DNA of 64,000 bases, taken from NCBI GenBank assembly GCA_963788655.1, contig CAWBHS010000060.1, positions 224,001 to 288,000 on the forward strand, in the 5' to 3' direction. Below are positions 9,205 through 19,829 of the stretch, one piece after another. This DNA is from an uncultured Verrucomicrobiae bacterium. Lineage in GTDB: Bacteria; Verrucomicrobiota; Verrucomicrobiia; Limisphaerales; JAFGQR01. The position numbers and the translations under genes were made by a program. Numbering within the stretch: position 1 is the stretch's first letter; every line of letters begins with the position of its first letter. The notes below the pieces were generated by a model that was not told where the DNA came from, did no database searches, and was given only the letters and a program-made list of their open reading frames with translations.

Positions 9205-10779
9205 GTGGGTCGGATGAATTTGTTTTTCAACCAAGCAGAAACAAGCTCTAATAAATCGGTGAACCAACACGAAGATGCGCAAGCTGGCAATGAACGTCCG
9301 GGAAATGGCCTCATCCAGGGTGAGGATTCCCGGCCATTACAAGCCGGAATGTGGGCCCGGAATCTGGTCATCGTGGTGGTGATTTTCCTCATGGTAGCCG
9401 TCGGATTGGCGGTGTGGTGGCAGGCAGGTAACCGGCAATGGCGAAGTGATCCGGCGTCGTTGCGCCAAACGAACGCGCTGGCGCAAGTCGAGGCGGATGC
9501 CAAACGCGTGCCGCCCGCACTTCCGGATGACTTCTTTGGCAGTTTCACAAAGCAGGCGGATGACACGACACTGAAGATCAAGTTGCCGGAACGGGATTCG
9601 TCCAGCAATACCCGCATCTTCGAAGCAACGGTCCATCGGCTGCAGCCGGGGAAGTCTGTCCCCTTTGGTCCTGGTGCGGCGAGTCTCGAATACATCTCGA
9701 TTGGCTATGGTTCGCCCGACTTGGAAAATCTTAAGCCGAATGCCGACGTGCAGGTGCCCGGAAAGTATTTCGACGGGAATCTGAAACCGATGCCGGAGCA
9801 AGTGGTGGAAAAGAAATTCGACCGTTGGACGCGGACGCGCCGGTATCGGGGCCTGTTTCCGGAGGTGCGCTTCGTCGTCCGCTTCGACGGCGTGCCGGAC
9901 TTCAAAGTGCTGGGCGGCCAGGTGCTGGATGCGCGCACGGGCGAGAATTTGTGTTCGGGATACAGCTACGGTCCCGAGGAGCAATCCGCGTCGCTCCAAA
10001 CTGAATTGCAAGTCTGGCACCAAACACCAGTGTGGGTGGTGTTTGACATTGCGCAAGGACCGCTCGAAACCGAAGACGTCGTCCCGAAGGAGGGCTTGCG
10101 AATCACGCATGCCTGGGGCGTCATGCAACTGGCGGCAATCCGCGAAGGCGACCAGACTGGGTTCAGCAGCTTCGGCACATCAGGCAATTCCGAGGTCACG
10201 CTCCGTTTCCAAACCGCATCGGAAAAGGCGGAAACCAGCTTTGTTTTTCTGGGCTGGCCGAGCGCACATCCAGTGCCGGTGGACTTCGAATTCCTGGGCG
10301 AGGACGGAAAGAAACTGGGGGGCGGTGGTGGCAGCAGTTCCGATTTCGTGAAAGCGCAGTCGGTGCGGGCGAAGCGCCAGGAAATCCAATTGATGCGGAT
10401 CAAGCGGTATCCGCACGTGCGCCGGTTGGTGCTGGAGTTGCCGGAAATACCGGGACTGCCGGAGAGCAACCGGGGCGTTAACAATCTCTTCGACGTGAAG
10501 GTGCCGTATGCCTGGTTTAACCGGACTTTGGAGATGCAGCAGTTTGTGGAGAGGACCTTGCAATTGCAGTGGCAAGGAACCAAGCCAGCAGCCGCGCCGC
10601 CGGGCTATTTCCCGCGCGTTTACACCAACGCCACGGTGCGGGAGATCTTCCGCGATTACCTGGCCCTCCAACCGGGCCGCGTGGATATGCAGATCGATCC
10701 CCAACGCCATCGGATCGAGGTGCGACCGCCGTTTTGGGAACGGTTGTGGGAGCAGATCCGCCGGTCACTGCATTGGTGA
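9205..10779 (+). CDS. Hypothetical single-pass membrane protein
   Basis: A 524-aa ORF with no competing gene. One hydrophobic helix (LVIVVVIFLMVAVGLAVWW) is followed by a long beta-rich region. The start is uncertain (9205, 9214 or 9349). Confidence 0.7.
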   Translation: MGRMNLFFNQAETSSNKSVNQHEDAQAGNERPGNGLIQGEDSRPLQAGMWARNLVIVVVIFLMVAVGLAVWWQAGNRQWRSDPASLRQTNALAQVEADAKRVPPALPDDFFGSFTKQADDTTLKIKLPERDSSSNTRIFEATVHRLQPGKSVPFGPGAASLEYISIGYGSPDLENLKPNADVQVPGKYFDGNLKPMPEQVVEKKFDRWTRTRRYRGLFPEVRFVVRFDGVPDFKVLGGQVLDARTGENLCSGYSYGPEEQSASLQTELQVWHQTPVWVVFDIAQGPLETEDVVPKEGLRITHAWGVMQLAAIREGDQTGFSSFGTSGNSEVTLRFQTASEKAETSFVFLGWPSAHPVPVDFEFLGEDGKKLGGGGGSSSDFVKAQSVRAKRQEIQLMRIKRYPHVRRLVLELPEIPGLPESNRGVNNLFDVKVPYAWFNRTLEMQQFVERTLQLQWQGTKPAAAPPGYFPRVYTNATVREIFRDYLALQPGRVDMQIDPQRHRIEVRPPFWERLWEQIRRSLHW

Positions 10780-10963
10780 CTTGCCTGCCATAGTCCACGG
10801 CACGCCATTCGAAAGCGCTGGCAAACCGGGCGCGATTTTGGGCACTCAGTGCGGCAAATAACTGCCACCAAAACTGCGTCGCACTAACAAAAACAGTCGT
10901 GACTTTGCGGGTGCGTTGTGCCAAACATCTTGCCGCAAATGTGAACGCGCAACCACCAAGGCT

Positions 10964-13328
10964 ATGAGCAAGAGTCAATTGAGTTCAACCATCGGTTTAT
11001 GCATCGGCTTGCTGGCAGTCGCTGGGCCAAGTGCCGCCGTCCTTCCGCTCCCGAACTACACCGTGGGCATCGGCGGGCCGACGCGCGCGTTGGTGGAAGC
11101 CGACTGGGTACAACGTGACGTTGAAATCTCGATGGCGCGAACCCGGGAGGTCATTCGCCGGGGACATAAGCTCGCAGAACGATTGCAGCGGATTGCGCCG
11201 CGGGCGGAATTGCAACCGCTCGTCCAAAGGCTCCACGCGATTGAAGCACGTCTGGATTCAGCGCCAACGAATGTCTCTAAACCTGTCCTCGATCACCTCT
11301 ATTTCGAAGCCCACCACGCCGTTCGCGAACTGGCCTTCAGCAATCCCGTGTTGCGCAACATGGACAAGTTGCTCTTCATCACCCGGCACGATGCCCGCGG
11401 GGTGTTCCACATGGTGGACCAGTTTTATGGCTTCAACGCCCGGCCGGGCGGACGATTGCTCGTGCTGATCAATCCATTCAGTTCGCAACCGCAACTGATT
11501 GACCTGCTGGCCAGCGCCACCGTACAAAATGGCCGGCTTCGGGGCCACAAACTTGAAGGTGGTGCCTTCCTGTCACCCGAATTGTCGTTTGACGGCAAGA
11601 CCATCCTGTTCGCTTGGACCGAGGCCAAAGGCAAGGATCTCGAATGGTCGCCCACGGCCAGTTACCACGTGTTTAGAGTCGGCGCCGACGGTTCCGGATT
11701 GGTGCAGTTGACGGACGGTTCGTGGAATGATTTTGATCCGTGTTTCCTACCCAGCGGCCGAATTGCCTTCGTTAGCGAACGGCGCGGCGGCTATCTCCGC
11801 TGTGGCCGGCATTGCCCGACGTACACGATGTTCGGCATGGCTGAGGACGGCAGCGACATCATCTGCCTGAGCTACCATGAAACGCACGAATGGCAGCCCA
11901 GTATCACGCCCGACGGGATGATCGTCTATACCCGCTGGGACTATGTGGATCGCGACACCAATATCGCGCACCATCCCTGGACCTGTCGCCCGGATGGCGG
12001 TGATCCGCGCCCGGTGCATGGCAATTATCCGCAGCGACGCGAAAGCCGGCCCTGGATGGAGATGGACATTCGCGCCATCCCCGGTTCCCCCAAATACGTC
12101 GCCGTGGCCGCGGCGCATCACGGCAATGCGTTTGGCTCGCTCGTGCTGATCGATCCGCGCGTGGCCGACGACGGCGCACTGGCGCCACTCACCCGCTTGA
12201 CCCCGGAAGTGCCGTTCCCCGAGGCTGAAGCCAAAGGCAAAGCGATCAAGCAATCGATGATTTACGGCACGCCCTGGCCGTTAAGCGAAGACGACTACTT
12301 GTGCGTGTATGATCCTGCGGCGCGAAACCGAGGCGTTTATTGGATCGACCGGTTTGGCAACAAGGAATTGCTTTATCGCGATCCCAACATCTCTTGTCTG
12401 AGCCCCATTCCCCTGCTCCCCCGCCCCACCCCGCCGGTCATCCCGGATGCCACGATGGCAACCGCCGCGGCCCGCGCCCAGGCAGTCCATCCCGACCGTC
12501 CGGCAACCATCGGATTGATGAACGTGTATGACAGCGATTTTGCCTGGCCCGCGGGTACTCGAATTAAAAGCTCTGCGCATCATCCAAGTCCTGCCCAAGA
12601 GCACGCCGCCGCCAAATGAGCCGCGCATTGGGGTGGCCGACCAGACCAACGCCCGCGCAGTGCTGGGCACGGTGCCGGTCGAGGACGATGGCAGCGCCTA
12701 CTTCGAAGCGCCGGCCGGCAAAGCCATTTATTTTCAAGCCTTGGATGAACGCGGCTTCGCGGTGCAATCCATGCGCTCAGCCACCTACCTGCACCAGGGC
12801 GAACAACTCACCTGCCAGGGATGCCACGAACCGCGGCACCGAATTGCACCGCCGGCGGGCAAAACGCCCCTGGCCTTGCAGCGCCCGCCATCGCAAATTC
12901 AACCGGCGGTGAACGGGGCGAATCCCTTCAACTTCGTCCGCCTGGTGCAACCGGTATTGGACCGCCGGTGCGTGGAATGTCACCGGGAAAAACAGGTGCT
13001 CGATCTGACGGGAATCATTGGCGGCAAATACGGCTGGACCCATTCCTACGCCAACCTGGCCGGCAAGTATGGCTTTTACTTCCACGTCAACAACGGCTCG
13101 ATCAACACCGGTGTCCATGGCGGCAGCCGGACCATTGCCGGCCAGTTCGGCGCCCGCGCGTCAGCGTTGCTCCCGTACTTGGATGACCGGCATTACGGCG
13201 TGCAACTCACACCCGAGGAATTTCAGCGGGTGACGCTCTGGCTGGATTGCAACTCGGAATTTTACGGAACCTACGAAGACACTCTGGCTCAAGCGCAGGG
13301 CAAGATCGTACCACCAAGTCTCGAATAA
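10964..13328 (+). CDS. Secreted TolB/PD40-like beta-propeller + hydrazine synthase alpha middle-domain-like protein with two CxxCH heme motifs (one apparent frameshift)
   Basis: Signal peptide, propeller segments (SPELSFDGKTILF, NDFDPCFLPSGRIAFVSER), LGTVPVEDDGSAYFEAPAGKAIYFQALD, CQGCH and CVECH. ORFs 10916-12619 and 12528-13328 join as RIKALRII if one A of AAAA 12566-12569 is removed. Confidence 0.75.
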
Positions 13329-13377
13329 GTTCGTTCGGCATTGCATTTCCGAGGGAATGCTCGTAACCACCTTGTTC

Positions 13378-15501
13378 ATGAATCTCACCACCACGCTCCT
13401 TTTGGTCGCGGGCTGGGCCACGGCTTGGGGAGCATCGCCGGCCACGGTTTCCGAAACCCCGGACGACGCCCACACCGTCGCCTGGATTCGCTTCGCCAGT
13501 GGACCAGAACAATACGCCGGACGTTCCGTATTACTGGTTGGGACGAGGGGATTTGGTAGTCAAATTCGAAGTGCGCCCAAGCGCCGGGCAGGAACTGGCA
13601 CTACGCTGGGGCGCCAAGAACGACGAGCGCGAGGCGGTGTTGCGCGTCAATCGGCGACACGAAACGCTGCGCGCCGGCGGTTACGATGGTTTTCGCTGGC
13701 TGCGCGTGCCGCTGCCAAACCAATCCACCAACGACCAATACCTGATCACGCTTACGCAAAGCAGCGGAAAAGCGGCGTTCCTGGCGGAGGTGCGTTTGTT
13801 GGATCCGCAAGCAACCGCGACGTTGCCAGACCTTCAGCCGGTAGTCGCGCCGAGCCAAACTTATTCAAGCCCCGGCCAGCGGCACGACTGCTCCAGGGGA
13901 AGCCTTCCCGGAAATGCGCGCCGTTTGGGATCGCGAACCGGCGCCAGCGGACGCCAGCGGTTCGAAAAAAGATGAAGCGCTATTCCGCCAGGCCGAAAGA
14001 AACGCCCGCCGCGCCAATGAAGCGTTTTATCGGTGTCGCCGTTACGTTGATGGCTGGCTGGCGCACGCGGATCCGGCGACGGGCCTCATCCCGCGCAATC
14101 TCGGCGCCAGCCGCGACTTCTGGAATGGACGTGACTCCGCGGCGGACAATTATCCCTTCATGGTGCTCACGGCTAGCATGACGGACCAGCCGCTGCTGAA
14201 AGGCCGGATGCGGGATATGTTGAACACCGAAATTCGTCTGACCAGTCGCGTGGGCCACCTGACCGACGATTATTCGTTTTCGAAGCAAGGCTATCCGCCG
14301 GGAGCAAGTGGATCTCGATGCCATCATTTTCGACAGTGCCGAATACGTTAAAGACGGTCTCATCCCGATCACCGAATGGATGGGCCACAGTCCGTGGTCG
14401 GAGCGAATGCTGGGGCTCATGGACGACATCTGGAAACACGCGCCGGTGGCCACGCCGTTCGGCAACCTTCCCACGTTGAACTTCGAAGTGTGTGGTGATT
14501 TGCTGCAAGCGGGCGCGCGGCTGTACTGGTTTACCGGTGACCGCAAATATCTCGATTGGACCCTCCGCCTGGGCGATTACTTCCTGCTGGGGAATCATCA
14601 TCCCACGCGGGATCTGGACAGTTTGCGGCTGTCCGACCACGGCTGCGAAGTGGTGAATGGGCTCACCGAACTTTACGTGGCGGTGACGCATGCGTTGCCG
14701 GAAAAGAAAGAGGCATATCAAAAGCCCATTCACGAGATGTTCGATCGGATTCTCGAAGTCGGGCGGAATGAAGACGGCATGCTCTACGTCGCCTTCAATC
14801 CGAAGACCGGACAACATTCGCCGGGGCTCTGCGACACCTGGGGTTACAACTACGATGGTTTCTACACGGTTTATCTGCTGGATCACACCGAAGCGTACCG
14901 CCAGGCCGTCGTCAAAGCTCTCCGCAACCTGAAGGGCAAATATGTTGGCGCCCCGTGGGCCGACAGAAGCGCTGACGGTTACGCGGACGCCATTGAGGGC
15001 GCGCTCAATCTATTCAACCGCGAGCGGGTTACTTCCGCCGCCGACTGGATCGATAGCCAGACGCGGCTGATGTGGGGCATGCAAAAGCCGGACGGTATCA
15101 TCGAAGGCTGGCACGGCGACGGCAATGTCGCGCGCACGTCGTTGATGTATGCGTTGTGGAAGACGGCGGGGCTGACGGTCCAGCCCTGGCGGATCGACGT
15201 GCGTTTCGGCGCCGTCCAGGATGGCCAGCGGCTTTGCGTGAGCCTGACGGCGGATCAACCGTGGGAAGGCCGCCTGATCTTTGATCAACCGCGGCATCAA
15301 ACGATCATGCATCTGCCCATGGATTATCCACGCATCAACCAGTTCCCGGAGTGGTTTGTGGCGCGCCCTGATCAGCAGTATGCGGTTCGGGACGCAAACC
15401 AGGACCAAACTCGAAAACATTCCAGCCAGGAATTGCTTGATGGCCTTCAACTCAAACTGGATGCGGGCAAAGAAATACGGTTGGTGATAGCTCCGTGGTG
15501 A
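13378..15501 (+). CDS. Secreted hypothetical protein, possible (alpha/alpha)6 glycosidase-like enzyme (about three apparent frameshifts)
   Basis: Signal peptide MNLTTTLLLVAGWATAWG. Protein-like sequence continues through ORFs 13499, 13914 and 14308 with frame switches near 13490, 13895 and 14295. ARLYWFTGDRKYLDW resembles six-hairpin glycosidase helices. Confidence 0.55.
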
Positions 15502-15556
15502 CCGCAATTGACGCTGATGCGCAATTCTGGTTTTCGGGACCGCCGGGACGACTGTC

Positions 15557-18500
15557 TTACAACACTTCTGTGCGTTGCTCGTTGGCCCGGTTGCCGAGAT
15601 TGCCGTAGCGGTGGTAGTCGATGCTGAGGCTTTGTTCCTGTACATACGCCAGCAATTCCACCCGGCCTTCCATCAATACCGGCGTGCTGACGAGGCACAG
15701 TCCCGTTTCGGCGGCGGCTTGCCGAACAACGGCGGGCACACGCTCGGGCGCGGCATAACGTAATCGTTCGGTCTGGCGATTGCGAATGATCTGGGCCAGG
15801 GCAGCGTCGGTTTCTTCGACGAATTCAATGTCTCCCGCCCATGATTCCGTGAGCACTTCGAGCAGCTTCAGCGCCGGCGGTTCGTAATTCTCCGGCAGAC
15901 TGACGATGATGCGGCAGCCCACTGTCCGGGCCGCGCACACCCGCGCGAACAGTTCGAAGGATGTATCGTCCGGATGCACGCGAATACGCAGGTAACGCAC
16001 CGGCAAGTAGCGACGAAAATTATCCTGGCCAACGAGTTTGAAGTGGTCGTGTTCCTGCCCAAATTCAACGCGATAGTTTTTGGCGTAACTGGCCGCGGCC
16101 GCCTGCACCCGTGTCACGTCCGCAGCGGAAAAGCCGGCTTCCATTGAGGCGCGAGCGCCAAACTCCTGGCAGAGTTGCGATAACTCACCATGGTTGGGCG
16201 CATCGTGAAGCTGGGGCTGCGCCGCCTCCGTGAAGTCCATGAACTGCGTGACATAATTGGGCCCGCCCGCCTTGATGCCGGGACCAAACGCTGACTTGCC
16301 CATGCCTCCGAACGGTTGGCGAAGCACGACGGCCCCGGTGGTAACGCGGTTGATATACAAGTTGCCGGCGCGAATATGCCGTTGCCAGTAATCGATTTCG
16401 CGTTCGTCCAGACTTTCCAATCCGGAGGTCAATCCGTAGCCGGTTTGGTTGACGATGGCGACGGCTTCGGTGAGCTTCTCGAAATGCATCACGCTTAGGA
16501 CCGGTCCAAAAAACTCCGTGAGGTGCGAATAGCTGCCCGGCCGCACGCCGTATTTCACGCCCGGCGACCAAAGGTTGGGATTGTCCGCGAGCATTTCCGG
16601 CATAACGGCCCATTCTTCGCCGGGTTCGAGCACTTTCAATGCGTTCTCCAAATCGCCGCTGGGCGGACGGATGAGCGGTCCCATTTTGGTCTGCAAATCC
16701 CAGGCCGAACCGACGGGAAGGCTGCGCACCGCATCCACCAGCACTCGGCGGAATTCCGGATCGTCATACACCTCGGCTTCGAGCAGGAGCAGAGAAGTGG
16801 CCGAACATTTCTGGCCACCATGGCTGAAGGCCGAGTGCAAGACGTGCTTGATGGCCAGATCATGATCGGAAATCGCCGTCACGATGGTGGCATTCTTACC
16901 GCCAGTCTCCGCGGTCAGATTCATGGCCGGATTGTCGTGGAGCATGTTGAACGCAGTCGCCGTGCCGCCGGTGAGAATCACGGCGTTGACTTTTGGGTGA
17001 TGAACCAGTTGGCGCGCGCTCCCGCTGCCGGCACAGGGAAGGAATTGCAGCACGCTCTGAGAAACTCCCGCACGCCAGAAGCATTGGCACAATTCGTACG
17101 CCACCAGCACCGTATCCGACGCGGGCTTGAGAATGACGGTGTTGCCCGCCGCGAGCGCCGCCGCCATCCCACCGCACGGAATAGCGATGGGAAAGTTCCA
17201 GGGCGGCACCACCACGACCACCCCCTTGCCGCGCGCTTCGAGGGTCGGCATCTCCTGGAACCAACGGGCGGTGTCACGATAAAACCCCAAGAAATCCACC
17301 GCTTCGGAAACTTCCGGATCCGATTCCATGAAGGTCTTGCCGCCCTCCGCCAATGCGGCGCCCAAGAGGTCGGCGCGGGCCTGGCGAATTTCCTGGGCGA
17401 CCTGGCCAAGCACCGCGAACCGTTCCCGCGCCGGCCGGCGACGCCAGCCATCTGCGTCCCGCGCGGCGCCTTCGGCGGCCTGGTTGATATCTTCGTCATT
17501 GGCGTGACGGTAACGGCCCACCACCACGCCGGGACGCGAGGGATCGTTACAATTCTGGATCGACCGCTGCTCAAAGATTTCCTCACCCGCAACGATCAAG
17601 GGCACTTCCGGCGCCTGGGGGCCGCAACGCGGTTTCCATTGGGCGATGATCTGCGCGGCCCAGTCGCTGTTTTGGGGCAGCGAAAAATCCGTGTCCGGCT
17701 CGTTGATAAAATGTTCCCAGCCCTGGGCCACGGCCGCCGTGGTGGCGGGCGGGGGCAACTGTCGGTTCTGGGTTCGACGCGGGGCGTGGGAGACCGTCGC
17801 CATTTCGTCGATGGCTTCGAGAAACCCCTGCTCCAACCGTATCCATTCCGGACTGCCGACTTTGATTTTGAACGCGTGACTGAGGAAATTCTCAGAACCC
17901 GTGTTTTCATCAAGCCGGCGAATGAGATAACCGATGGCATTGATGAAATTCTCCTTCCGGCAGGCCGGCGCGTAGAGCAGCACGTTGCGGGACAACTCGA
18001 ACAAGGCGCGCCGTTGATGATTCGCCATACCTTCGAGCATTTCAAATTGCACGCGGTCCAGGGCGTTGCCTTCCACGGCCAGCACCAAGCCGTAGCTCAA
18101 ATCAAACAGATTGTGCGAAGCCAGGCCAATATCCGCGGCGGCACGGTTTTCTGGTTTCAGGATCTCGCGCAGCATCCGTTTGTAATTCGCATCGGTCTCA
18201 CGCTTGACCTTGAACGGTGCTTGCGGCCAGCTTCGGAGCGAGGCCTCCACCCGTTCCATTTCCAGGTTGGCTCCCTTAACCAACCGCACGGTAATGCGCG
18301 CGCCGCCTGCGTGGGCCCGTTCCCGCGCCCACGCCAGGATACGCTGCAAAACGTAAAACGAATCCGGCACGTACCATTGCAAGGCGATACCGGCGCGCAC
18401 CTGCTCCAGACCCGGACGGTCCAACGTGCGCATGAAGGCTTCCGAGGTCAGAGCCATATCGCGGTATTCCTCCATGTCCAGATACACGAATTTGGGCACC

Positions 18501-19222
18501 TTCGATCCGTCGGCGCGGGTAAACTCCATGCGCGCCGCCGTGCGATACAATCGTTCCAGTCGGTCGCACAACGTGGCCACGGTATGGTCCCGGGCGAGCG
18601 GTGAGATTTGCGAATAGAGCGTGGAGATTTTGATCGACACCACCTCGATTTCCGGCCATTGCAAAGCCTGTAAATACTGTTGGAGCCGGTGCTCGGCTTC
18701 CTCCTCACCCAAGATGGCTTCGCCGAGAAAATTGACATTCATCCGCACGCCTTCCGCCGTGCGTGCCCGCAAGTGGGGCGTGAGCATGTCGCGTTCGCCC
18801 GGCAGCACCACATTGGCGGTTTCCTTCTGCATGTGCTCCTTGACCAAGGGCAACGCTACCCCCGGCGCATACCCGCCAAAAGACTGGAAGCCCTTGAGCA
18901 GCGTGCGATCCAGGGGATTGAAAAATCGTGGAATACCCTGCACATCGAGAATGTGAATCAAGTGATCGACCGCCCGATGCGGATCGCGGGCGCGAAACGC
19001 CTCGTCGGTCATTTGCACGAGGGTTGCCTTGTCCGCCGGACTGTGGATCATGCGGTCCAATTCCGCCTGCTGCCGGCGTTCCGAGGGCGTCTGGAGATCG
19101 GTGGCGCGCTCCTGCAAGCGCCGGGCGAGGAACAGCGCCCGGTTGACCGAGGGGGGATGGAGGGACGCCGAGTCCGGTCGAAATTCTTCCAACAAGCTCT
19201 GAATGTTTTTCAAGACTTGCAT
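15557..19222 (-). CDS. putA: Bifunctional proline dehydrogenase / glutamate-semialdehyde (P5C) dehydrogenase
   Basis: PRODH motifs LDMEEYRD, RLVKGAN, ASHNLFD, FEMLEGM and YLIRRLDEN. ALDH motifs PWNFP, ETGGKN, GQKCSA, EFFGPVL and QPFGG. Confidence 0.95.
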   Translation of the reverse strand: MQVLKNIQSLLEEFRPDSASLHPPSVNRALFLARRLQERATDLQTPSERRQQAELDRMIHSPADKATLVQMTDEAFRARDPHRAVDHLIHILDVQGIPRFFNPLDRTLLKGFQSFGGYAPGVALPLVKEHMQKETANVVLPGERDMLTPHLRARTAEGVRMNVNFLGEAILGEEEAEHRLQQYLQALQWPEIEVVSIKISTLYSQISPLARDHTVATLCDRLERLYRTAARMEFTRADGSKVPKFVYLDMEEYRDMALTSEAFMRTLDRPGLEQVRAGIALQWYVPDSFYVLQRILAWARERAHAGGARITVRLVKGANLEMERVEASLRSWPQAPFKVKRETDANYKRMLREILKPENRAAADIGLASHNLFDLSYGLVLAVEGNALDRVQFEMLEGMANHQRRALFELSRNVLLYAPACRKENFINAIGYLIRRLDENTGSENFLSHAFKIKVGSPEWIRLEQGFLEAIDEMATVSHAPRRTQNRQLPPPATTAAVAQGWEHFINEPDTDFSLPQNSDWAAQIIAQWKPRCGPQAPEVPLIVAGEEIFEQRSIQNCNDPSRPGVVVGRYRHANDEDINQAAEGAARDADGWRRRPARERFAVLGQVAQEIRQARADLLGAALAEGGKTFMESDPEVSEAVDFLGFYRDTARWFQEMPTLEARGKGVVVVVPPWNFPIAIPCGGMAAALAAGNTVILKPASDTVLVAYELCQCFWRAGVSQSVLQFLPCAGSGSARQLVHHPKVNAVILTGGTATAFNMLHDNPAMNLTAETGGKNATIVTAISDHDLAIKHVLHSAFSHGGQKCSATSLLLLEAEVYDDPEFRRVLVDAVRSLPVGSAWDLQTKMGPLIRPPSGDLENALKVLEPGEEWAVMPEMLADNPNLWSPGVKYGVRPGSYSHLTEFFGPVLSVMHFEKLTEAVAIVNQTGYGLTSGLESLDEREIDYWQRHIRAGNLYINRVTTGAVVLRQPFGGMGKSAFGPGIKAGGPNYVTQFMDFTEAAQPQLHDAPNHGELSQLCQEFGARASMEAGFSAADVTRVQAAAASYAKNYRVEFGQEHDHFKLVGQDNFRRYLPVRYLRIRVHPDDTSFELFARVCAARTVGCRIIVSLPENYEPPALKLLEVLTESWAGDIEFVEETDAALAQIIRNRQTERLRYAAPERVPAVVRQAAAETGLCLVSTPVLMEGRVELLAYVQEQSLSIDYHRYGNLGNRANEQRTEVL

Positions 19223-19397
19223 AAATTCTCGCCGGCAACATGGCAGGCATCAAACCGCCTGCCAAGTCGCGAACGAAGGAATGTTCGGGGAAGGAGGCGA
19301 CAAGGCTGGACTCAGCGGTGGCCATTCAATTGAACCCGGGAGTGTGACCACGGCGGGCGGTACCTAGGTCGAATGCCCCCCGGTCCGTATTTGTCTC

Positions 19398-19720
19398 AGC
19401 GTGCTGCCGGCATCTTGCCGGCAGTTTGGAACGGGCGCGCCGTGGTTTAGCCAGCGTACGGATCCAGACCGTGAGTCGGCTGTCCTACTTGATCGGTGTT
19501 ATTGAGGCACGGCTGTTATGGTATCGAAGGTGTCCCCCTAATTGGTTTCTGCCGGCATCTTGCCGGCAGTTTGGAACGGGCGCGCCGTGGTTTAGCCGGC
19601 GTACGGATCCAGACCGTGAGTCGGCTGTCCTACTTGATCGGTGTTATCGAGGCACGGCTGCTATGGTATCGAAGGTGTCTCCCTGATTCGTTTCTGCCGG
19701 CGGGACGCCGGCAGCACGTT
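19398..19720 (+). repeat. REP/REPIN-like element, copy 2, with an internal 2 x 145 bp tandem duplication
   Basis: The palindrome CTGCCGGCA-TCT-TGCCGGCAG occurs at 19404 and 19549, and the inverted end CTGCCGGCGGGACGCCGGCAGCACGTT at 19694-19720. Units 19404-19548 and 19549-19693 differ at 6 positions by my count. Confidence 0.9.
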
Positions 19721-19727
19721 GGGGCGA

Positions 19728-19765
19728 CCAAAGAAGAAACCGGGAGCAGGGGCGCTCCCGGTTTC
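19728..19765 (-). terminator. Rho-independent terminator of the large surface-protein gene
   Basis: Perfect 12-bp stem GAAACCGGGAGC / GCTCCCGGTTTC (19736-19765) with a 6-nt loop, followed on the minus strand by TTCTTT. It lies about 65 bp past the stop at 19830. Confidence 0.75.
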
Positions 19766-19829
19766 CCTATTCTTTCCCAATCCGTGGGCGGGTTGGCAGG
19801 CTGCGGTCAGCCGGTACTTCTGGAATTGA

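Noticed and set aside
10796..10850. Possible c-di-GMP-I riboswitch (CCATTCGAAAG and GGCAAACC words)
   Set aside because: The words are in the wrong order and the GACGCAAAG and second stem are missing. An Infernal/Rfam scan would settle it.
12560..12575. Programmed ribosomal frameshift at TTAAAAG
   Set aside because: Similar single-base breaks occur in neighbouring unrelated genes, so sequencing error is the simpler explanation.
10964..13328. Anammox hydrazine synthase
   Set aside because: Only the middle-domain and propeller resemblance is present. No beta/gamma subunits or other anammox genes are in the window.
16523..18604. 693-aa plus-strand ORF (also 7068-8759, 60150-62057, 48867-50270 and similar)
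   Set aside because: These are antisense shadows of well-supported genes in GC-rich DNA and carry no recognisable motifs.
19404..19720. CRISPR-like repeat-spacer pattern
   Set aside because: The spacers are about 124 bp and near-identical to each other, there are only three palindromes, and no cas genes are present. It is a tandem duplication in a REP-like element.
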